Below are positions 61,784 through 64,000 of a DNA stretch of 64,000 nucleotides, piece by piece. The translations under genes were made by a program, and so were the position numbers. The stretch spans positions 1 through 64,000 of the forward strand of contig CAWGIE010000033.1 of NCBI GenBank assembly GCA_963822585.1. The letters run 5' to 3'. The DNA is from an uncultured bacterium. Lineage in GTDB: Bacteria > Auribacterota > Erginobacteria > Erginobacterales > Erginobacteraceae. Under the pieces are notes generated by a model that searched no databases, was not told the origin of the DNA, and was given only the letters and a program-made list of their open reading frames with translations. How positions within the stretch are numbered: the stretch's first letter is position 1; every line of letters starts with the position of its first letter.

Positions 61784-64000
61784 TCACGGGTTCTTCGCCC
61801 CGATCTCGATGTAATCAAGCATCAGACCCAATTCCCGGTAATCCTTGACCGGCAAATGATCGGCCGGTCTCCAGGGTTTGACGGTCAGAACCAGCGGGAC
61901 AACCGCCTCTTCGATCAGGGCGGGAGGCAGGGAGATCTCCACTCTCCTCTCGCCGCTCTCCAGCGAGAACTCTCCCACCATTTTCCCGTCCAGGCTTACC
62001 GTCACCGTCGCCGGGAGGGCCGAGGGCGGCCGGACACCGATATACCCGATCGCGATCACCGTCCCCTTCATCTCCTCTGCGGCGAGGGGGAGAAAGACCT
62101 CAGCCCGGGCTTCGGTCCAGCAGACAGGGATCTCGTCAAGATGCATCTCGGGGGGATAGAACCCCTCCCCCATGAAATCTTCCGCCTCCGGCGTCCCGAT
62201 ATCTATCTTCAGAGGATAGGAAAGCGGCCGGAGCACGCTGACGTGGAAAAGGGCATCGTCGCCGGAGGGGAGCAGACGCAAGCGGCTGACCGGGCGCCCG
62301 CTCGCCCCCGGTCTCAGGATCTCGCGGACCATCCCGTCTCTTTCTACTTTTTTCAACCGTTCACCCTCTAACTCGAGAAAGGCCTCCTTCACCGGACCGG
62401 CGAGGCGCACCCCGGCGGCCAGATAATACGGCTTTGCTTCCGGCAGCGGGAGGCCGAGTTCGCTGAACCATGCGGCAATCCGAAGCGAGCCGATCAGGAG
62501 GGCGTCGGGGTGTTTTCGCACCGGCTGGAGCTCCAGGCGGGAAAGATCGCGGCTGATTGCTTCCGACGGGATTTCCACCCCGACGGTCTGCCACTCCTTG
62601 ATCGGCCGGATCGGGAGAAAGCCAAGCGGCCGGCCGTCCAGCAGGGCCTTCCAGGCCTCCCCACCGGTGGTTCCTTTCGAAGACTGCAGCCGGAACTCGG
62701 CCGTGAGAAGCCGCCGGGAGGAAGGAACGGTGGGGATCCGGATCAAACCGTGATAAGCCAGGCTGCGCCAGCTGACATGATAAACATGGGAATAATAAAA
62801 TTCTTCGGAGAGAAAGAAGCGGTCGGGAATTCGGGCGGTAGCGCCGATATGGATCACATAATCCCTTTCCAGCCACTGGAGACCGAGAAAAACGTCCTCC
62901 GGCAACCCCTGATCGGAAACGAACCGTACCGTCGAGCGGGGACGGGGATGGGCGGCGGCCGGGAGGGGGAAATAGTTGACGAAGTTATCGATTTCCTCGA
63001 CCCGTTTATCCCCGGGCAGAAATGCCTCCAGTCGGGTCCGCCGCGGGAGGGAATCCCGGGCCCGGTAAAAGTTCGCGCTCAGCAAATAATCCACGGGGGC
63101 CGGTGTCGCCAGATCGAGGGTAATCTCATTCTCCGCCCAACGCCGGATCGAGTAAACGGTACAGACGGGGCGCCCGAATTTACCTTCCAGGTGATACCGG
63201 TCCGCGGGGAGACGAAGGAGAGGAGAAACGGTGAAATAATCCTGAATATACGGAATGTAGGCGGCCGCGTTGCGTTTCCCCCGGTTATCGATAAGGTAGA
63301 GATGGTACCCTGCTCTCATCAGGAGATCATAAGCTTCGCCGTAATCCGGGATGAACTGCTCCAGGTCGGACGGGCGCAGGGAATAACTCCCGGTGAAAAG
63401 ATCCAGACACTGGCTCAGAAACTTGGTCGCGAAGAGGATGGAGGGCGGCGTCAAGGCGGTATCGAGGTCGCGGCGCAGCCGGCGGGCCTCCGACACCTGG
63501 AAGAGCTTCTCCTTGTAAGAGAATTCCGGCGCCGAGGCGATGATAACGGCCGCGAAAACCGCCAGATTAAAGACGGTAAAACCATGTCGGAGGGGACGAC
63601 GGACGACCCGCCGGTACCAGAGGAAAAGAAGCGCCAGAGCGGCGATGAGAATAGCGATATACTGAAGTCGGACGTCCCAGTAGAGGCGATGGGGGTAGCG
63701 GGGGTTGAGGCAGCGGAAGAGGAAATCCCCCCCGATCAGGCAGACGGCCACGAAAATCTTAAGGGGGAGAAGCGATCGAGGGCGGGATGGTCCGGGTGCC
63801 ACCCCGGGGGAGGGCAGCCGGCCGATGCTTCCCATGATGATGATGGTCATCAGGGGATAGAGGGGAATGATATATCTCTCCAGAGGACGGACCCATCCGC
63901 TATAGAAGACCAGAAAGGTGACGATCGCCGGAAAGAAGAGAAAGCGGGTTTCATCCTTTTTCCATTCCCCGGCCAGCCCGAAAAGGAAAAGCACGCCGAA
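61784..64000 (-). CDS. Paralogous GT-C-like membrane protein (5' end outside window)
   Basis: LERYIIP; YLIDNRG, VRFVSDQGLP shared with the neighbour; GFYPPE..WT, D.RELG domain. Confidence 0.7.
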   Translation of the reverse strand, partial: FGVLFLFGLAGEWKKDETRFLFFPAIVTFLVFYSGWVRPLERYIIPLYPLMTIIIMGSIGRLPSPGVAPGPSRPRSLLPLKIFVAVCLIGGDFLFRCLNPRYPHRLYWDVRLQYIAILIAALALLFLWYRRVVRRPLRHGFTVFNLAVFAAVIIASAPEFSYKEKLFQVSEARRLRRDLDTALTPPSILFATKFLSQCLDLFTGSYSLRPSDLEQFIPDYGEAYDLLMRAGYHLYLIDNRGKRNAAAYIPYIQDYFTVSPLLRLPADRYHLEGKFGRPVCTVYSIRRWAENEITLDLATPAPVDYLLSANFYRARDSLPRRTRLEAFLPGDKRVEEIDNFVNYFPLPAAAHPRPRSTVRFVSDQGLPEDVFLGLQWLERDYVIHIGATARIPDRFFLSEEFYYSHVYHVSWRSLAYHGLIRIPTVPSSRRLLTAEFRLQSSKGTTGGEAWKALLDGRPLGFLPIRPIKEWQTVGVEIPSEAISRDLSRLELQPVRKHPDALLIGSLRIAAWFSELGLPLPEAKPYYLAAGVRLAGPVKEAFLELEGERLKKVERDGMVREILRPGASGRPVSRLRLLPSGDDALFHVSVLRPLSYPLKIDIGTPEAEDFMGEGFYPPEMHLDEIPVCWTEARAEVFLPLAAEEMKGTVIAIGYIGVRPPSALPATVTVSLDGKMVGEFSLESGERRVEISLPPALIEEAVVPLVLTVKPWRPADHLPVKDYRELGLMLDYIEIGAKNP

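Noticed and set aside
1..64000. tRNA, rRNA, prophage, integron integrase, reverse transcriptase or DGR
   Set aside because: No matching motifs or structures seen by eye in this window

Overview
Bacterial chromosomal segment with GC-rich coding regions and AT-rich intergenic DNA, from what looks like an anaerobic diderm. Housekeeping and metabolic genes include cysK, codB, acetolactate decarboxylase, an M16 peptidase, creD, nupC, an mlaEFD/pqiC-type MCE system, an RND-MFP-TolC pump, a complete echABCDEF hydrogenase operon, a GAPOR-like aldehyde:ferredoxin oxidoreductase family enzyme, purH, and several SGNH and GT-C envelope-modification genes. Many genes carry single-base frameshifts, most likely assembly errors. 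No rRNA, tRNA or true CRISPR-Cas was found. The most striking signal is non-coding. Most gene junctions, including every junction of the ech and mla operons, hold gene-less elements of four kinds: (i) inverted arms of 7-9 bp tandem repeats from about ten families, (ii) small GC-rich, often GAA-loop, hairpins next to start or stop codons, (iii) AT-rich hairpins abutting ATGs, and (iv) a recurring ~24 bp motif (GTTCCCTCTACCTCGGCCCCTTTT). That motif forms ~57 bp-period arrays whose 'spacers' come from a shared, reshuffled set of triplet-repeat modules. There is also an integrase-less integron cassette cluster (47.6-50.1 kb) with one attC hit by an internally deleted IS1380 and another by a nested MITE, followed by a HigBA-like toxin-antitoxin pair. 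All calls come from reading the sequence; no searches were run.
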